DNA of 64,000 nt from Piromyces finnis finn (GCA_002104945.1 MCFH01000030.1:124001-188000), one strand, 5' to 3'; shown: positions 1 to 19,362, numbered from the stretch's first letter. The notes: a model not told the origin generated them from the sequence alone. Made by a program: numbers and translations.

Positions 1-621
1 ATTATTATTTATATTAAATTATTTATGATTTGAATAAATTTATTAAATATAATATTATTTTTGTTAATATTATATTCCTTAATACTAAAAAAAAAACGCA
101 AAAGTTTAAAAAAAAAATTATTCATTATATATATAAAACGATATCTATAATTATGATTGGTTAATTTTACATTAAAAGATATCAAAAAAAAAAATACATT
201 ATAAGAAAATCTAATAAAATAAAAATTAATAAATATATATACTGCTTTTAAACTTTGATTTCAATAATAAAAAATAAAGTTTTCTTTTTCATTATTGTTA
301 TACAAAAACAAAAATACAAAAAGATAACATTTATTTAAAAAAAAATAAATAAAATAAAAAATCTTAAAAAATCATAGAAAATGAAAATATTGTATAAAAA
401 TCATTTTCTACTTATTCTTTATTCATGTAGATAAAAGTGGGGAAATTTTAAAAAAATATAAAAATTTAATTAATACAAAACTTACACATACATAAAATAG
501 AAGTACAATAATCAAAAAAAATTTTGAATAAATTATATTTGTAATTTTAGAATTTATTTATGTTAAAAAATATTATAAAAAATAAATTAAAAAAAATTTT
601 TTATTTATATAAAAGAAATAA

Positions 622-854
622 TTAACCTTTATCCAAAGGTCTTAATATATAAAAAATAAAAATATTTTAATATCCTTTGTTTTAAATAATATTTAATTTT
701 ATAAAATTTAAGAGTAAAATATTACCTATTAAAACCTCCTCTTCTATTCATATATTGTCTATATTGTCTTTTTTTCTTTATATTAACTGCACTCACATCA
801 GTACCTGGGACATGTTTACCCTTTTTTTTAAAATATTTTTTTAAGTATCAATTA

Positions 855-901
<47 letters not shown>

Positions 902-1746
902 GTTTATTATAAAAATTACTTTTGTGGAGTCAAAGCCTCCAAATCCCATAATGGCCATCATTTGAGATTCTAAGTCTTCATTTTCATTAACTATTTTTGA
1001 AAAAATAATGAATTAAAAAAAAATTCCATATATATAAATTTACTCTTTTTTTTTAAAAAAAAATAAAATAAAAAGCTTACTTTTAACATCTGAAATATTA
1101 ACAACTCTAGAAATAATATTTATTATTATTTAATATACATTAAAAAATATAACTATTATTATTGTTGACTTTAATAATTATTAATTATAATTATTATTAC
1201 TTACTCCTTCTTTTCCTTTTCTTTTTTGATTTTTTTGATATAATATAAATTTTATAAATTAATTAAAATACTATTGTTTATAATATTAATAATTTGAATA
1301 TAAATACATACGATCTCTTGAATCTTAATTTTTTGAAATTTCATTAAATTTTTTAGTAATAACATTTATTAATTTTATATAATAAATATATAAAATATAA
1401 TAAGTATATTTATTAAATAAGGCTTTATTAATTTCATTTAATATTTATATATAGAGAGAGAATGCATACTTGAAGAGCTTCTGCTTCTGCTTCTACTTCT
1501 ACTTCTATGAGAAGAACGATGATGAGAACTTCTATCTCTTGATCTTCTTCTAGAATGTCTATGATGTCTGTCTCTTGAAGATGAACGGGAACGTGAACGA
1601 GAATAAGAACGAGATCTGTGGTATCTACTTCTGCTTCTACTTCTATTTCTTCTATCTCTACTTCTGCTTCTGCTTCTATGTCTTCTTCTTTCATATGAAC
1701 GACTTCTACTACGACTACGACTGCGGCTTCTACTCCTACTAGCCAT
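622..1746 (-). CDS. SNRNP27: U4/U6.U5 tri-snRNP 27 kDa protein (RS-rich N-terminus, 5 exons)
   Basis: RS-repeat exon (1438-1746 ORF, donor GTATGC) splices to exons reading ...[15 protein letters not shown] / [32 protein letters not shown] / PLDKG*. This matches the SNRNP27 C-terminal signature (MGFxxFDSTKGK...RKYRQYMNRKGGFNRPLD). Confidence 0.92.
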
Positions 1747-2347
1747 TTTTCTTTTTCTTTTTTTTTTTTTTTTTTTTTAATTTTTACTTTTTAAAATATA
1801 ATTGATTTATTAATTTATTAAATTTGTTAGAATATACTGAAATGAAAATATATTATTGATGATTTGAAATTTAATAATTGGAGGTTATAAAACAAATAAT
1901 TTCACTAAATATAAAAATATAAAATGATTATTATATAAACCAAGCTAAAGAAAATAAAATTAAAAGAAAAAAAAAAGTTATTCGAATATTAAAATATTTA
2001 TTAATATGTTTTTGTTGATTATATGAAATTAGATCTTTCTACCTTTTGATTTTGAAATTTAGATTTCAGAATTAACAATTTTAAAAATATAATTTTTTAT
2101 ATTTTTAAAAAAAATTATACCAAATAATTTATTTAATTTTATTTTATTTATTTTTTTTTTTTAAAAAAAAAAAAAAAGAAAATAACTATTATACACATTA
2201 TACACTATACAAAAATTATTTATTCAAAAATAAATGAAAAAAACACTAAAAAAAATATTATATTTATATTTATTAAATAAGAAAAAAGAAAAATAGTAGT
2301 TCTTATAGTTTAAGATTTTAAATAAGTATTAATAATAAATTATTTTT

Positions 2348-7494
<5,147 letters not shown>

Positions 7495-7824
7495 GTTCGA
7501 AAAAAAAAAAAAAAAAAAAAAAATCTATATTGCTTATAAATTAAATTTTTAATTATATTTTTTTAAAAAAAATATCCATTTTATAAAATTATTACAATAA
7601 ATGTACTTAATATTATTTAATTACTCTTTTATATATTATTCTTATAACATTAATTTCAAATAATTATTTAAATTTAAAAAATATATATTTATAACAATAA
7701 ATATTATCTATAAAAATTAACTATATTCTATATTTCATATTTTTAAATTACACAAATTTATACACAAAATAAATTAATTTTCATATTTAATTATAAATTC
7801 TTTTTTATTGGCCCATCAAACTCC

Positions 7825-7867
<43 letters not shown>

Positions 7868-8326
7868 TATAGCATATTAATAAATTCATAAATATATACT
7901 ATTTTTTTAAAGTATAAAACTTTATAGCAAGTAGAAAAACAAGAAAAATAAAATTACCATAAGTTTTTATTTTTTTTTTTTTTCTTTTCATTAAATAATT
8001 CTAATTTTCATCACTGTAATTCTTTTTTATTATATGATTATTTTTTTTTTTACCAACAATATTTACTAATATAAATTAGCTCAATAATTACATTTTTAAA
8101 AATTTATTACTATAATTAAAATATTTTCCACTTACAATTACAATAATTGAAATATATTAAAAAAAAAAAAAAATCTTCTAAAATCATATAGTATATTGGT
8201 TCTTATGTTATTTATATAAATAAAATAGTAAAAGAAAGAAAAATTAAAACATTAAATATAAAAAAAAAGTATAAATAAATAGATAATAATGTATAAATTA
8301 ATTATTTTATGGAATCATCATTAAAT

Positions 8327-10633
8327 TTATAATTCTGCGTTTGATACAGCTGATGAATCAAATTCAACTTGATTACTTGAACTTCTTTCAGCATCATTCA
8401 TTGATTCACTTGCAATATCGGCATTTTCTGATTGTTCTAAATATGACTCACTTTGTAAAGAATCAATATTTTCGTTTGTACTCGATAGTTGTTTTGTATC
8501 ATCATTTGGAAGAACTTTTTCAGTTTCGACATCTAATGCAAATCCCCTTTCACTTATATGATCATTGCTATTTAATTGTTTTTTAACAGTATGCATATAA
8601 GGACAATCTGGTCTACTACAATATGGTTCGTAACGACACTAATTTTTTAAAGAAAATATATTAATAATAATTAACATAGTAAGCAACTTTAATAAATACT
8701 GATTTATATATAATATTATTCTATTAAGTTTAATATTCATATTATACTTACAGGAATCTTTGATTTATTGATATCATATACAGCTGAAAAATTTGGAATT
8801 GCCTTTAACATTGGCTCAGCTGTTGTTGGTTTTCCGGTTTCATTAGTATTTCCGTCTGTAGAGATTTCATCTGTTGTCTTGGCTGTAATTGGTGGATGAT
8901 AAAATGGACAATTAGCATTCAAACAATTTGGATAAAAACGGCAAGGAATAAGAGATCTTGTATCTTCAATTTTTGTTGGATCTACACCTGGAGTTACCAT
9001 TGTTGGTGTGTTATGTAAATATGGACAATTAACTTTAGTACAATGAATACCATATTTACATGGTATGGCTATTGGAACTTGAGGAGCCAATGGCATTGCA
9101 TTTGGATAATTCAAATATGAATTAACTTTAGGATAAGTGGCTGTAACTGGAACTTGTGGATGTATATATAAACATTTATCGTTATCCTGACAATTTGGAA
9201 ACTTCTTACATAATTCTTTTGGATGCCAAAATTTGCATTCATCTTGTTTTGCGCAATTTGGCCAAAATACACATCTTACAGGTTTTTCTTCCATCTGCTC
9301 AGTCTCAACAATATCATTATTATTTTCTTGTTTCTTATAAATTCCTTGTTTACCTTGGTTGTTTTGTGGTTGATTTTTATTATTTTCATTGAGATTAGAA
9401 TAATTTTTATGTTGTGTTTTATCATTATTTTTTCCATAATTATTATGATTCTTTGTATTTGTTGAATGACGTTCATGTTTATTAGAATTGCTATCGTTCA
9501 TCAATTCATTATTATTAGTTTTTTTTTTATGTATCTTTGCTATTTGAATTTCATTTTGTTTAGTTGTGTTATTATTATTATAACTGTCCTTCATATCATG
9601 TTCTTTTTTTTTATTATTATTATTATTATTGCTTTTTTGATTTTTATGCTTATTCTTATTATTTTGATTTTTATTTTGATTAGCTTTTTCAAGAGAAAGT
9701 TCGTTTTGAAAACGTAGTTTTCTTTTTCTCATAATTTCATCTTCATCAATATCATTATTTGCGGAGTTCCGAATTGTCACGAATTTAGATTTCTTTTTAG
9801 AATCATCATTTGAGAATACACTTTTTGAACTAGATTTATTTACTTTATTTTCATCTTTATTATTTATTTTAACTTTCTTAATTGGTTGAGAATCTTCATC
9901 TTCAAAGGGTGATATTGGTCTTATTATCGGCTTTGGATTTTCCTCAATATTATCATCATTTACATCTCTCTTTCTTTTTGCATCTTTATCTTGAACTATG
10001 TCCATTGATTTATTTTCATCCATCTTCATGGATGTATCATCTATTAATTTTATTATACATGATGAAATTAAGCAATTATTCTTCATCTTTATAAAAATTA
10101 CAAAATTTATTCTTTAAATACCAACTTTCAAATGTAATCTCATTGCCTGCAAATCTTTCATTTTCTTCATATAGCCAATCTATGAATGAAAATTGGAGAT
10201 TTTCAATTACTTTATATAAATTATATATATATATTGAAAATATTAGTATCATTAAGTATAATATTTATTAATATTTATCTTTATATATTAAATTACCATC
10301 TTTCAATTCATTAAATACTTGATCTTTTGTTAAATTTGTTCCAATTAATACTGAAACATATTCAGCCATAGTATCATCGTCTATTATTTTTTAATTTATT
10401 ATTAATATGAATACTAAATTTATATTTTAATGTATTCTTAAACTTTTAAAAACACTACCTGGATCATTCTGATAATTATTTTCAATTAACTTTTCCCTTA
10501 TTCTATCCTTAAAAACATATATAATTTTAATTATTAATTTTATAATTTTTTTTTAAAATATATATATAAATATATTACTTACTTGTAAAATAGGCTTATT
10601 ACTTTCATCTATATTTGTAAATAATTGACTCAT
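8327..10633 (-). CDS. NAB2: Nab2/ZC3H14-like polyadenosine RNA-binding protein (N-terminal PWI-like domain, five CCCH fingers)
   Basis: N-terminal exons read MSQLF...DRIREKL...DTMAEYVSVLIGTNLTKDQVFNEL...FIDWL. There are five C-x5-C-x4/5-C-x3-H fingers (CVFWPNC..., CKKFPNC..., CKYGIHC..., CRFYPNC..., CRYEPYC...) and a C-terminal HISERGFA motif. Confidence 0.85.
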
Positions 10634-12865
10634 TTTTATTACTTTTTATATTAAATAAAATAATCGAAATTTCAAGTAATTAATAAATTACTTTGAAATA
10701 ATAAATTCTTCAAATAAATATATTATTTTGTATTTATATTTTTTATTCTTATTTAAATATGTATATATATTATATATATACTCTTAAATATTTGGGTAAA
10801 AAATAATAAAGAAGGATTGGAAAAATTTTAAAGAAAAAAAAAGATATATGATATATTAATAATTAATAATTAACTAATAAAATGTACTTCAATATTTTAA
10901 TTATTATATGAATTAAAAATGTAGTTAAATGTATATGTTATTTGTTTGTTATTTGTAATTTCATATAATTAATATTGGATAGTTAATTATTATAAAATAT
11001 TATCTCGAAAATTAAATTATAAAAAAAAAATGAAATTCAAAATACTTTTTTTCTCAATTAATCTTTCTATATTATTTTTTTTTTTTTTAAGTTTTTCTTG
11101 TAATATTTAAATCAACGCTCATATATTATTCTTTTTTATTATTAATTTAAATTGATTATTTTTGTGTGATTGGACATAATGTACATGAAAATGAAAGTAC
11201 ATTAATTCAAATATATATTTATAATATTATACATTTTTGGATATAAATATTTGTAACTATTAAAATATTATTAACATATAAAATACAAAATAATAGATAA
11301 GAGAATTAGTAATGATTGTAAAACTAAACTACAAAATAAAAATAGAACAAATTAACAACTACAATTTATAAATATGTAGAATAAACCTAATAAATCAGTA
11401 AAAATGTCATATTTTATTATTCATTTAATATATTATTATTTTATTACTTTTGTTTTATAAAAGAATATAATTAGCTTATCTATTTATTTCAATATTAAAA
11501 CAGTAATTACAGAAGTTATAATAAATATAAATAACCTAATTAAATAAAAGATTGCATAGTTAACTATCTAAATATTTATTAAAATATATGGTATTTTAAT
11601 TTTCCTTTTTCAATAATTATAATAATTTAATAATAATAATAATAATAAAAATCATAATAAAAATCATACTATATTAAAGTTTAATAACTTAATTTATATT
11701 TTTTATAAAATAGTTTAAATGAGTTGCTATTAATATTGAATAAGTTATATATATTTAATCAAATATAAAATGTATATAAATACTTTTTCAAAACTATTAA
11801 CCTACAATTTTGTAATAACCATTAAATTGTTATAATTTGATAAATACTAACTATATTATCTTTTTTTTTTTTTTTGATTATTATACAAAAAACAATTATG
11901 GTTTTATTTTTAATCTTAAAAATATATTTATTAATTCATTAATGTAATTAAATTTAAATCTATCAACTTTTTTTTTTTTTAAACTTTTTAAAATACTTAT
12001 AATAATAAAAAAAAAATAATTAAAAGATATTTTTATATAATTACTTCTATAATCTTATATAGAAAATTTTAATTAAAAATTAGATTTTTAATAAAAAATG
12101 ACTTTTTAATGAATTTAAAAATGTATAAAACTTATTGAAAATATATATTTTATATATTTTACCTTTATTTAAAACTTCTGTATAATTTTAAAAATAGTAA
12201 CCATAATTATATAGTTTTAAAATATTCCATAATTTATAAATATTTTTGTTTAACTTTTATTATATTTTCTTTTTAAAAAAATATTTCTTTTAACTATATC
12301 AAGTTGTGAATATAAACTACAATTATATTGAAATCAGTAATTAAACAGAAAAAATGAAAAATAAATGGATTGTAGGGTAAATACTATAAGAATTCATTAT
12401 TTAATATAAATATTTGAAATAATAATAATGTATATAAGAGTATTTAATAAAAAAAAATGACAAAACTAAATTACCAAAAAAGTCTTCATTAAAAATTATT
12501 AAAAAAAAATGTTTCTTTTATAATTAAAAAATTAATTAAATAATATATATAATATATAATATTAAAACCACTTTCATTATATATATATGAATTAATTTAT
12601 TAAGAAAAAAAATTTTTAAAAAAATTTTAATTAATTTTTTTATTAAAAAAAACATTTATATTTAAGGAATGAATTTTGTAAAATATTTTAATTTTTTTTT
12701 TCACCTTTATTTTCACTAAGAATTAAAAATATTAATTCATATACCATAGTCATTTTGATTAAATATTTAAACAATTTTATACAATTAAATATAATATAAA
12801 ATACATTATTAAACAAGATTTTAATATATATACAAAATTTTTTAATAATTTATAAAATATAAAAT

Positions 12866-15781
12866 ATGGATAATTTATTATTAATCATTCTTAGTTCTGT
12901 AGGTTTAGTAGCTTTAACTACGGTTGTTTTGGTTACTGGAAGAAAAAAGAATACAAAGGATCTTTCTGATAAATATATGGATGAATTAATTAAAGAAGAA
13001 GAAAAGAAGAAATCAAAAAAAGGAGGAAATAAAATACAAAAGAAAACCTCAAAACCAGTTGAAATACAACTTATTGGTAGCCTTAATAATGCAAAAAATG
13101 ATTCAATAAGTAACAAAGAAGAAAATGATGAAGATTTATTACGTTTAAGTGCTTTATCATCACAAGCATCAAAAAATAATAATATCATCAAACAAAATAA
13201 AAAGAAAACTATACCTTCTCAAACTGCTAAGAAAAATGTATCTAAATCATTAAAAAAATCTTCTTCTATTTCTAGTATTAATAATGAAGAACATGAAAAG
13301 GTAATTTTAAATGAAGAAATAAAACATGTAAAGAAAATTCAAAATAATGATAAAGAAAAAAAGAAAGAAGTTCCAGAAAAATCACATGAAATTAAGAATA
13401 TTTCCGAAACTGAAAAATTAAATGAAAGAATAAATAAACTTATGATTGATTATTCAAACTTAAAAGATCAACTTAAAAAGGAAAATGAACAGAAAAAGGC
13501 ATTAACTAAAGAAAATGAAAAATTACAAAAGGAAATGTCATCATTATCAAAGAAATACGAAGAAAGTTTAACTGAAGCTCAGTCAAATCGTAAACTTTCT
13601 GAGTTATACATGAATAGTCAAGTTGAAATGACATCTTTACAAGATGAATTATCTAATTGTCATTCTGAAATTGAAGAATTAAAAAAAACTAATAATGCTG
13701 CTAAGGAAAATGATAAGGAAATTATTGAATTAAACAATCAAATTAATGAATATAAATCTAATTTAAGTAAATTAAGTAATAATTTAGAAGAAAAAATTAA
13801 CCAATTAAATATGGCTAATGAAATCAATAATAAAACTAATGGCGAATTAAAAAGCAAAGACGAACAAATTTCTAAACTTAATAATGAAGTTAACAGTAAG
13901 AATGATGAAATCAACAATTTAAAGAAAGAATTAGATGATGCTAATAATAAGTACAAAACTGTTAATGATAATGTTGAAAACCTTAACAATGAAATTAATA
14001 ATAAGAATAACGAAATTAACAGTAAGAATGATGAAATCAACAACTTAAAGAAAGAATTAGATGATACTAACAATAAGTACAAAACTGTTAATGATAATGT
14101 TGAAAACCTTAACAATGAAATTAATAATAAGAATAACGAAATTAACAGTAAGAATGATGAAATCAACAACTTAAAGAAAGAATTAGATGATACTAACAAT
14201 AAGTACAAAACTGTTAATGATAATGTTGAAAACCTTAACAATGAAATTAATAATAAGAATAACGAAATTAACAGTAAGAATGATGAAATCAACAACTTAA
14301 AGAAAGAATTAGATGATACTAACAATAAGTACAAAACTGTTAATGATAATGTTGAAAACCTTAACAATGAAATTAATAATAAGAATAACGAAATTAACAG
14401 TAAGAATGATGAAATCAACAACTTAAAGAAAGAATTAGATGATGCTAATAATAAGTACAAAATTGTTAATGATAATGTTGAAAACCTTAACAATGAAATT
14501 AATAATAAGAATAACGAAATTAACAGTAAGAATGATGAAATCAACAACTTAAAGAAAGAATTAGATGATACTAACAATAAGTACAAAACTGTTAATGATA
14601 ATGTTGAAAACCTTAACAATGAAATTAATAATAAGAATAACGAAATTAACAGTAAGAATGATGAAATCAACAATTTAAAGAAAGAATTAGATGATGCTAA
14701 TAATAAGTACAAAATTGTTAATGATAATGTTGAAAACCTTAACAATGAAATTAATAATAAGAATAAAGAAATTAACAGTAAGAATGATGAAATCAACAAT
14801 TTAAAGAAAGAATTAGATAATAAATCTAAAGAATATGATAATCTTAAATCAGAGATGAATGAAAAGTCTAATAATGATAATAATTTACAATCCGAATTAC
14901 TTAATAAAGATAATGAAATAAACAACTTAAAATCTGAATTAAATAATAAAACTAATGAGATGAATAATTCTATGTCTGAATTAAATAGTAAGTCTTCTGA
15001 AATTGAAAACTTAAAATTAGAATTAGAAAATAAAACTAAGGAAGCTGAAAACTTAGATAATATAAAAAAAGAATTAGAAGAAAAGAGTAATAATATGTCA
15101 GAAGTTATTGAAAATAAGAACAAGGAAAATGGTATATTAAAGACTGAAATTGAAAACTTAAAGAAACAAATCCAAGAAAATAATGAAGTTCTTAATAATC
15201 AACAAAAAGAAAGTTCCCAATTTGCAAGTGAAATTGAACAATTAAAAGAATCTGTTAAACAAAAAGAAAAGGAATTAGTTGATTTAAAGGAAAGCCTTGA
15301 GAATAAGAGTAAGGAACTTAATGAATCTAGTTCATTAAAGGATGAAATTACTAACCTTAAAACTTCTGTTGAAGAAAAAGAAAACACTATTCAATCATTA
15401 AAATCTAAACTTGAAGGAAAAATGCGTGAAACTACTACACAATCCTTAAATGTTAAAGATTTAAATGAAAGAAACAAACAATTACAATCTAAAGTTGAAG
15501 AATTAGAACAAAAACTATCTGAAAAGAATGAAAAGCACAGTAATGCTGAAATTTCAAAACTTACTTCTGCAGCTAATATCCAAGCACGTTATTTAAGTGC
15601 TGTTGCTCAACAATGCAAGGAATTAAAGTCTCAAATTGAACTCAAAAATAGTGAAATTCAACGTTTATTAGAAGAAAATGAATCTCTTAAAAAGAATGGT
15701 GATTCTTCTGAAACTAAAAATAAAGAAATGCTTTCAAAATTCATCGAAGAAGCTTCAATTGTTGGAGGCACAACTCAATAA
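12866..15781 (+). CDS. Single-exon N-terminally membrane-anchored long coiled-coil protein (kinectin/p180-like architecture), 971 aa
   Basis: Hydrophobic N-terminus (LLLIILSSVGLVALTTVVLVTG), then a Lys-rich segment, then heptad-rich E/K/N/L sequence. Uninterrupted 2.9-kb ORF. Confidence 0.8.
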   Translation: MDNLLLIILSSVGLVALTTVVLVTGRKKNTKDLSDKYMDELIKEEEKKKSKKGGNKIQKKTSKPVEIQLIGSLNNAKNDSISNKEENDEDLLRLSALSSQASKNNNIIKQNKKKTIPSQTAKKNVSKSLKKSSSISSINNEEHEKVILNEEIKHVKKIQNNDKEKKKEVPEKSHEIKNISETEKLNERINKLMIDYSNLKDQLKKENEQKKALTKENEKLQKEMSSLSKKYEESLTEAQSNRKLSELYMNSQVEMTSLQDELSNCHSEIEELKKTNNAAKENDKEIIELNNQINEYKSNLSKLSNNLEEKINQLNMANEINNKTNGELKSKDEQISKLNNEVNSKNDEINNLKKELDDANNKYKTVNDNVENLNNEINNKNNEINSKNDEINNLKKELDDTNNKYKTVNDNVENLNNEINNKNNEINSKNDEINNLKKELDDTNNKYKTVNDNVENLNNEINNKNNEINSKNDEINNLKKELDDTNNKYKTVNDNVENLNNEINNKNNEINSKNDEINNLKKELDDANNKYKIVNDNVENLNNEINNKNNEINSKNDEINNLKKELDDTNNKYKTVNDNVENLNNEINNKNNEINSKNDEINNLKKELDDANNKYKIVNDNVENLNNEINNKNKEINSKNDEINNLKKELDNKSKEYDNLKSEMNEKSNNDNNLQSELLNKDNEINNLKSELNNKTNEMNNSMSELNSKSSEIENLKLELENKTKEAENLDNIKKELEEKSNNMSEVIENKNKENGILKTEIENLKKQIQENNEVLNNQQKESSQFASEIEQLKESVKQKEKELVDLKESLENKSKELNESSSLKDEITNLKTSVEEKENTIQSLKSKLEGKMRETTTQSLNVKDLNERNKQLQSKVEELEQKLSEKNEKHSNAEISKLTSAANIQARYLSAVAQQCKELKSQIELKNSEIQRLLEENESLKKNGDSSETKNKEMLSKFIEEASIVGGTTQ
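13892..14818 (+). repeat. Coding tandem repeat, 126 bp (42 aa = 6 heptads) x 7 full copies plus a partial eighth
   Basis: The unit AACAGTAAGAATGATGAAATC... starts at 13892 and recurs at 14774 (exactly 7 x 126). Protein unit: NSKNDEINNLKKELDD[A/T]NNKYK[T/I]VNDNVENLNNEINNKNNEI. Confidence 0.95.
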
Positions 15782-16270
15782 GCATTCATATTTTTAAAAT
15801 AATTTATTTTTATTTTTTATTTTTATTTAAATTTTATATGTTTATATTAAATATTAAGTTTATATAGTAATAATTTTTATTGAAATATTTAATCAAATAT
15901 ATGTGTTTAGTAATATTACATTTAAAAAATAATCTATTTATGCAATTATACTATTAAAATAAATAATGAAACTATTAAATAAAAAATATGATAAAAAAAA
16001 AAGTTTTTCATTCTCTGTCTAATTATTAAAATAATAAATTATATTTTTATAAGGTTTTGATAATATTTAATAATTAATATCTATTTACGCAAATTGCATT
16101 TCTAAAAATAGTAAATTTATATAATTATAAAAAATTTAAATTCCATATCTTTTTTTTTCATTATTATTATTATTATTACATTTGTTTCATTGTTTTTTTA
16201 TATTTTTAATTATTATTAGTTTTTTAATATAAAGTTTATAGACTGAAACAACTAAAAATTTTTTATTAAT

Positions 16271-18310
16271 ATGAATCCAAAAAAAATACATTGTTCTTCA
16301 TGCGATAGTAAGTAATCCTTTATAATTATCAAATATATAATAGAATGAATGTAAAATATTAAGTGGGAAAAAACCATCTTTATGTTTTGAATTATATAGG
16401 AGTAATAAATGAAAATACTTTTTGCACAACAATAGCATCAAGTAACATATTAAATTCATTTATTAATGATGAAATACTTGAAAATTGCAAACAAAATATA
16501 AATCAAAATTACAATATAAATAAAGATTTTGGATATAATAATGAATATAGTGGCAATATAGAAAATTTACAAAATGATGATATTAACCAAAATAATAATT
16601 TAGAAAATAATATATTTAACGAAATAATAAATAATGATGAAGAGATATTTTCATCAGATTATTCAAATAAAAATTCCGAGATTTATCTGAAAGATGTTGA
16701 TGATATTCAACATGGCAATATTTTATCTAGTAAGACTAGTAGTAATGAAGATATATTTGATAAACTATGTGATATCATAAATGATGATATTGAAATAATT
16801 AATAATCAGGAATTAATAAATAATAACAGTAATAGTGTAGAAAGTATTGATATAAATCAAGTAAATATAATACCAAATGAATATGATATAAGTATTGATA
16901 AAGAGGATATTATAATTCAAGGTATATCTCAAGATGAAGATAGTGATGATGACATAGTAATTAATGATGAAATTAATAAAAATGATGAAACTCAAATTAG
17001 TATTGATAGTATAAGTTATAATAATATATATGTTGCAAAATATGATGATCAATATAAACCATACGTTCAAGATGTCACAGACCATCATGAAAAAAAAATG
17101 ATTTCTGACATCAAAGACAATATTAATAAAATGATAGTAAATTTGAAAAAAAGGATAAATAATAATTCCTCAAATTTAATGAATAATTCAAATACCTTAT
17201 TTTCTGTTATTAATAATGATTCCACCGAAAAATTGAGTTTACCATTAGGTATTAATTATGATGAAATAGAAACATATTGGAGCAATTTTCAAAATTCATT
17301 GGAAAAATATAAAGAAAATTGGTTAGCTACAAGAAAACAAAATAAAGATGGAAAATCAATAAACAATAATTCAGAAAATAACTCTAATAAAGAACTTTAT
17401 AATAAAAAAACAATACTGGAAGACTTACATAAAAGTTTCAATTCATTAATTACTAATATACAAGAGGGAGGAGAGAATATTGACAAATTAAAAAATGAAT
17501 TTATTAATAAATCAATTAGATATTCATGTGAAAACTTAGAACCAACATTAAATGAGTTATGTTTAGAGACCTGTGAAAATGAATCTGGTAACTCATCAGA
17601 TGATAAATCTCGAATTCTAAGTCAAGGAAATTTGAATAATTTTGTTAATATTGATTCGAATATTCTTAGTCAAGGAAATCTGAACAACTTTGTCAATGTT
17701 AATTCAGATATTCTCAGTCAAGAAAATTTAAATAGATGTGATCAAGAAATTATGAAAAATAAAGGTTATTCAAATAATTCTTTAAGTGATAATAACCAAT
17801 TAATTGATAATAATAATTCAAAAAATTCATTATTTGATAACATCCAGGTAAATACTCAGAATAATTCTCTTAACTCTTTAAACAGTAATATTAATGTTAA
17901 TATTATGAATGATAATAATAAGAGTGATAATTTATTATATGATAATTCAAAAATATTTACTCAAGAAAATTCGAAAAGTTCTTTAAATTCTAATATTCAA
18001 ATAAATATTAAAGAAAATTCAAATGAATTTTTATATGATAGTTCTCAAGTTTATACACAAGATAATTCTAATGTAAAAAATTCAACAAGATCCTTAAGTG
18101 ACGATTTACAGAATTATTTTAAAAATGAAATAGATGATGAATTTACTCAAAAACCAAGAGAAATTCAAAATGAAGATAATGGTAATAACTTCAAAATGGA
18201 ATTTAAATCATATAATTCAAGAAGTAATTCAATTTATACTGATAATGATATTATGATAGAAGCTGATGAATTATTAAAAAATAGCAACAATAACATTGAA
18301 AATGATGCTG

Positions 18311-18367
<57 letters not shown>

Positions 18368-19362
18368 TAATGGATAATCTGATTTCAGATAGTAGTAATA
18401 GCTACGATGCTGAAATAATTAATGAAACTACTAGTAATGATGGAGATGATGAATTTTCTGGACAAAAAACCAATTCGATTGATATAGAAAAAATCAAAGA
18501 ATATGTTAATTCAAATATTAACAAAACCTATGAATCCCAAGTCCCAGATGATGATGAAATTTCAAAGGAATTTGATTCTATCATGAATGAAATTATGAAA
18601 TATGACAAAACGCAAGATGAATCTAATGAAAATTCTTATTTAAAAATGAACAAAAATCCATCTATAAGTAAAATATTTATTTCTGGAATGACAACTTCTA
18701 GTTCATGCTTGATGAGTGGAATATATGATAACCAACTACAAAGCTTGGATAGTTTCGAAAATAAAAACAACTCTTATATCAAAAGTGATGATTCACAATT
18801 GTCGAAAAATAATTTAGAAAAAAAAAACAAAGAAGAGGATAAAAAGTCTTTTTTTTCAAAAATCCCTTTAAAAATTAATAAAGAAATAACTCAAATATCA
18901 AATATTCATAGAAAACCACAATTCTCTTCATTTATTACAAATAATAAAAACGTTCCTTCCAAACTTCCAATTTATAAAAAACTATCTGAGCAATATATAC
19001 TATCACCTTCATATATTTACTATAATAAAAATAAAATCAATAATAAAAATAACGATAATAATAAAAACTACAACAATAACAAAAGTAATACCAATAAAAA
19101 AAATGATATAAAAAGAAATAATTTATCACTTCATAATAGAGTTTTTTCAGTAAATAATAAAAATCGTCAAATATCTTCTACTAATAATAAAAACTCTGTA
19201 AAATTACCACATGGTGCTTGTTCATTATCAACAAAAGAATCCCTAAATTTAACTCATAAAAAGCCAGTTTCTTTTACTAAATATTACTTCAAAAATAAGA
19301 TATATCTTATATCAAATGAAAATGGAATGTATTATGTTAAAGATAGAAAACATTTAAATTGA
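16271..19362 (+). CDS. Hypothetical Asn/Ser-rich low-complexity protein (~1000 aa) with an SQ/TQ cluster
   Basis: 999-aa ORF. A probable short first exon (MNPKKIHCSSCD, donor GTAAGT near 16308) splices in frame to it. No recognisable folded domain. Confidence 0.6.

Noticed and set aside
1434-1694. 86-aa E/V-rich ORF
   Set aside because: Alternative frame of the SNRNP27 RS-repeat exon.
10634-12865. 2.2-kb intergenic stretch as a possible hidden gene or element
   Set aside because: Almost pure A/T, with no ORF, terminal repeats or exon-like segments that I could support; it is consistent with a divergent promoter region.
13738-15123. 461-aa antisense ORF rich in L/S/F
   Set aside because: Shadow of the repetitive coiled-coil CDS on the opposite strand; the repeat unit simply lacks stops in that frame.
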